A stretch of 64,000 nt of DNA, from contig CADCVW010000106.1 of assembly GCA_902806235.1 (NCBI GenBank), positions 43,102 through 107,101 of the forward strand, given 5' to 3'. The position numbers and the translations under genes are program-made. Origin of the DNA: an uncultured Sphingomonadaceae bacterium. GTDB lineage: Bacteria; Pseudomonadota; Alphaproteobacteria; Sphingomonadales; Sphingomonadaceae. A model generated the notes under the pieces. That model was not told where the DNA came from and did no database searches. It saw only the letters and a program-made list of their open reading frames with translations. Below are positions 61,860-64,000 of the stretch, in pieces. Positions within the stretch are counted from its first letter, which is position 1. Each line of letters opens with the position of its first letter.

Positions 61860-62295
61860 GGTGACGATCGGCCTGCTGCGTCTGCCCCACGGTGCGGGGC
61901 TGCCCCTCCCCGCCTACGCCACGGCGGGCGCGGCGGGGCTGGACGTGGTCGCGGCGGAGGACGTCGACCTCGCCCCGGGTGGGCGGGCAGCGGTCGCCAC
62001 CGGCTTCGCCCTCGCCATTCCGGACGGCTGGGAAGTGCAGGTGCGCCCGCGCTCTGGGCTCGCGTTCCGCCACGGCGTGACCTGCCTTAACACGCCCGGC
62101 ACCATCGACAGCGACTACCGCGGCGAGGTGAAGGTGATCCTGGCCAACCTCGGGAGCGAGCCCTTCGCGGTGCGGCGCGGCGAGCGCATCGCGCAGCTCG
62201 TCCCCGCCCCCGTCGCGCGCGCGGCGCTGGCGGAGGTGGACGCGCTGGACGAGACGGCGCGCGGGCGGGGCGGGTTCGGCTCGACGGGGCGGTGA
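61846..62295 (+). CDS. dut: dUTP diphosphatase
   Basis: 149 aa with ...[10 protein letters not shown]... and ...RGGFGSTG motifs. It has a 14-nt overlap with coaBC. Confidence 0.93.
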   Translation: MRSPEVTIGLLRLPHGAGLPLPAYATAGAAGLDVVAAEDVDLAPGGRAAVATGFALAIPDGWEVQVRPRSGLAFRHGVTCLNTPGTIDSDYRGEVKVILANLGSEPFAVRRGERIAQLVPAPVARAALAEVDALDETARGRGGFGSTGR

Positions 62296-63044
62296 GCCTG
62301 CGCGACGACCAGCTCGAACGCTACGGGCGCCACTTACTGCTTAAGGAGATCGGCGGCGCGGGGCAGCGGCGGGTGCTGGCCGCGCGCGTCGCGGTGGTCG
62401 GTGCGGGCGGGATCGGCTCGCCGGCGCTGCTCTACCTGGCGGCGGCGGGGATCGGGCGCTTGACGGTGATCGACGACGACGTGGTGGCACTGTCGAACCT
62501 GCAGCGGCAGGTGCTGTTCGGCACGGACGACGTCGGCGCGGCGAAGGTCGCGCGCGCGGCGGACGGCTTGCGGCGGCTCAACCCCGACGTCGAGGTCCGC
62601 GCCGTCCGCGAGCGGCTGACGCCGGAGAACGCGGCGGAGCTGCTCGACGGCGCGGAGGTCGTGGTCGACGGCAGCGACAGCTTCGCGACACGGCTGGCGG
62701 TGAACGACGCGACGCTGGCGCTACGGGTCCCGCTGGTGTCGGCGGCGGTGGGGCAGCTGGACGGGCAGTTGGCAGTGTACCGGGGGTGGGAGGCGGGGCG
62801 GCCCTGCTACCGCTGCCTGGTCGGGAACGCGGCGGAGCGGGCCGACGGCACTTGCGCCGACGACGGAGTGCTCGGGGCGCTCACCGGCGTGCTGGGGAGC
62901 CTAGCCGCACTCGAGGCGGTGCGGGCGCTCTGGCCGTTCGGTGAAGACCCGACGGGGCAAATGCTGCTGGTGGATGCCCTTCAATTCCGTTTCCGGACGG
63001 TGCGGGTCGTCAAGGATCCCGGATGTGCGGCGTGCGCGGGCTGA
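62292..63044 (+). CDS. HesA/MoeB/ThiF-family adenylyltransferase
   Basis: [20 protein letters not shown] and LQRQVLF motifs, and CxxC pairs (CYRC, CAAC). The GTG start overlaps the dut stop. Confidence 0.8.
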   Translation: MSLRDDQLERYGRHLLLKEIGGAGQRRVLAARVAVVGAGGIGSPALLYLAAAGIGRLTVIDDDVVALSNLQRQVLFGTDDVGAAKVARAADGLRRLNPDVEVRAVRERLTPENAAELLDGAEVVVDGSDSFATRLAVNDATLALRVPLVSAAVGQLDGQLAVYRGWEAGRPCYRCLVGNAAERADGTCADDGVLGALTGVLGSLAALEAVRALWPFGEDPTGQMLLVDALQFRFRTVRVVKDPGCAACAG

Positions 63045-63388
63045 CTGTGGTGCTGGCCGAGGCGAAACCGGCGCGGCTTCGCGCGGCCTTGTCGCTGCTC
63101 GCCGCGCAAGCCGCGCTGGGCGGAAGGGCGCGGCTATACCTGCACGAGGACGCGGTGGCGCTGCTCGGCGCGGCCCCGCTCGCCCACGCAAGCGACGGGG
63201 TGCACCGGGCGGCGGGGCTGCCCGACCTCGCCGGGCTGCTCGCCGACGCGCGCGAGCTCGGCGTCGAGGTGCACGCCTGCCAGACGGGGGCGTCGATGGC
63301 GGGCGTGGGACTGGACGGGCTCGCGGAGGCCGGCGGGCTGCTGTCGCTCCTTCAAGCTTTGGGCGAGGACCGCTTGGTCTTGGCCTGA
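63023..63388 (+). CDS. DsrE/DsrF-like small protein, tentative
   Basis: About 115-121 aa with alternating beta-alpha character and ...VEVHACQTGASMAG... containing a single conserved-looking Cys. The start is ambiguous (ATG 63023, GTG 63032 or GTG 63047). It overlaps the moeB-like stop. Confidence 0.4.
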   Translation: MCGVRGLTVVLAEAKPARLRAALSLLAAQAALGGRARLYLHEDAVALLGAAPLAHASDGVHRAAGLPDLAGLLADARELGVEVHACQTGASMAGVGLDGLAEAGGLLSLLQALGEDRLVLA

Positions 63389-64000
63389 GCGGGTTTCGCG
63401 GCTGGCTTCTTGGCAGCAGCCTTCTTCGCCGCGGGTTTCTCGGCCGCCTCCTTCGGCTTGGCCGACTTCTTAGGGATGGCCTTCTTCGCCGCACCGCGCT
63501 TCGCCTTGGGCGGCGACTTGGCGGCCCGGTCGTCGATCAGCTGCGCCGCTTCCTCCAGCGTCAGCTGATCGGGGGCGACCGACTTCGGGATGGTCGCGTG
63601 GGTCGCGCCGTCGGTGACGTAGGGGCCGTAGCGCCCTTCCATCACCTTGAGCTCGGCCTCCGTGCGCGGGTGGGCGCCGAGCACGCGCAGAGGCTCGCGC
63701 GCGGCGCCCCGGCCCTTGCCCCCGCCCGCCGCGGCCTCCGCCAGCTTGACCACGGCGGCGTTCATGCCCGTCTCGAACACCTCCGCGGTGGATTGCAGCC
63801 GCGCGTACTTACCCTGGTGCGCGAGGTAGGGACCGTAGCGGCCGATGGAGGCGGTAATCGGCTCGCCGCTCTCCGGGTGCGCGCCCACCGTGCGGGGCAA
63901 GGACAGGAGCTTGAGCGCGAGCGCCAAATCCAGCTCGCCCGCGTCCTTTGGGATGGAAGCGCGCTTGGCCTCCTTGCCCTCGCCGAGCTGCACGTAGGGG
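63352..64000 (-). CDS. topA: DNA topoisomerase I, C-terminal part (5' end outside the window)
   Basis: Repeated ...GRYGPYL/V... C-terminal modules followed by a Lys/Ala/Pro-rich tail. Confidence 0.88.
   Translation of the reverse strand, partial: PYVQLGEGKEAKRASIPKDAGELDLALALKLLSLPRTVGAHPESGEPITASIGRYGPYLAHQGKYARLQSTAEVFETGMNAAVVKLAEAAAGGGKGRGAAREPLRVLGAHPRTEAELKVMEGRYGPYVTDGATHATIPKSVAPDQLTLEEAAQLIDDRAAKSPPKAKRGAAKKAIPKKSAKPKEAAEKPAAKKAAAKKPAAKPAQAKTKRSSPKA

Overview
High-GC alphaproteobacterial chromosome segment. The sphingomonad-like assignment is inferred from gene content and repeat type. Hand counts give about 77% G+C in typical lines. Almost all of it is tightly packed housekeeping DNA. 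It contains a valine-catabolism cluster (acyl-CoA dehydrogenase, enoyl-CoA hydratase, mmsB), kup, ald and a ccmCDEFGH cytochrome c maturation operon joined by 4-nt start/stop overlaps. It also contains a Leu/Val-type dehydrogenase, the tig-clpP-clpX-lon-hup block (interrupted by accessory genes), gatCAB, pyrB plus a degenerate dihydroorotase-like gene, rpmH-rnpA-yidD-yidC-engB, dapE, mltA, secB, murJ, trpS, dnaA, rpsT, mutM, ubiE-ubiB-coaBC-dut-moeB and the 3' end of topA. Five tRNAs were read by hand: Met/CAU, His, Val, Leu-UAG and Leu-CAA. I saw no rRNA, CRISPR array, transposase, integrase or recognisable defence system. The clearest anomaly is comM/yifB (39.8-41.9 kb). It is a heavily decayed pseudogene split by a 604-bp insert of about 50% G+C, which carries a small lipoprotein gene with an in-frame amber codon. 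Other points worth a second look: (1) a 85-95 bp palindromic repeat family with four copies, one inserted in frame in the coaBC linker; (2) an orphan ParA / RHH-like / SPOR-TPR three-gene operon next to tRNA-Leu; (3) a translationally coupled lipoprotein / M48-TPR protease / lipoprotein / membrane-protein cluster; (4) a His-rich plus Lys/Ala-rich tail on trigger factor; (5) three probable CTG starts missed by the ORF track. Many long ORFs in the track are antisense shadows or over-extended N-termini typical of GC-rich DNA. Product calls rest on motifs I recognise, not on database searches.
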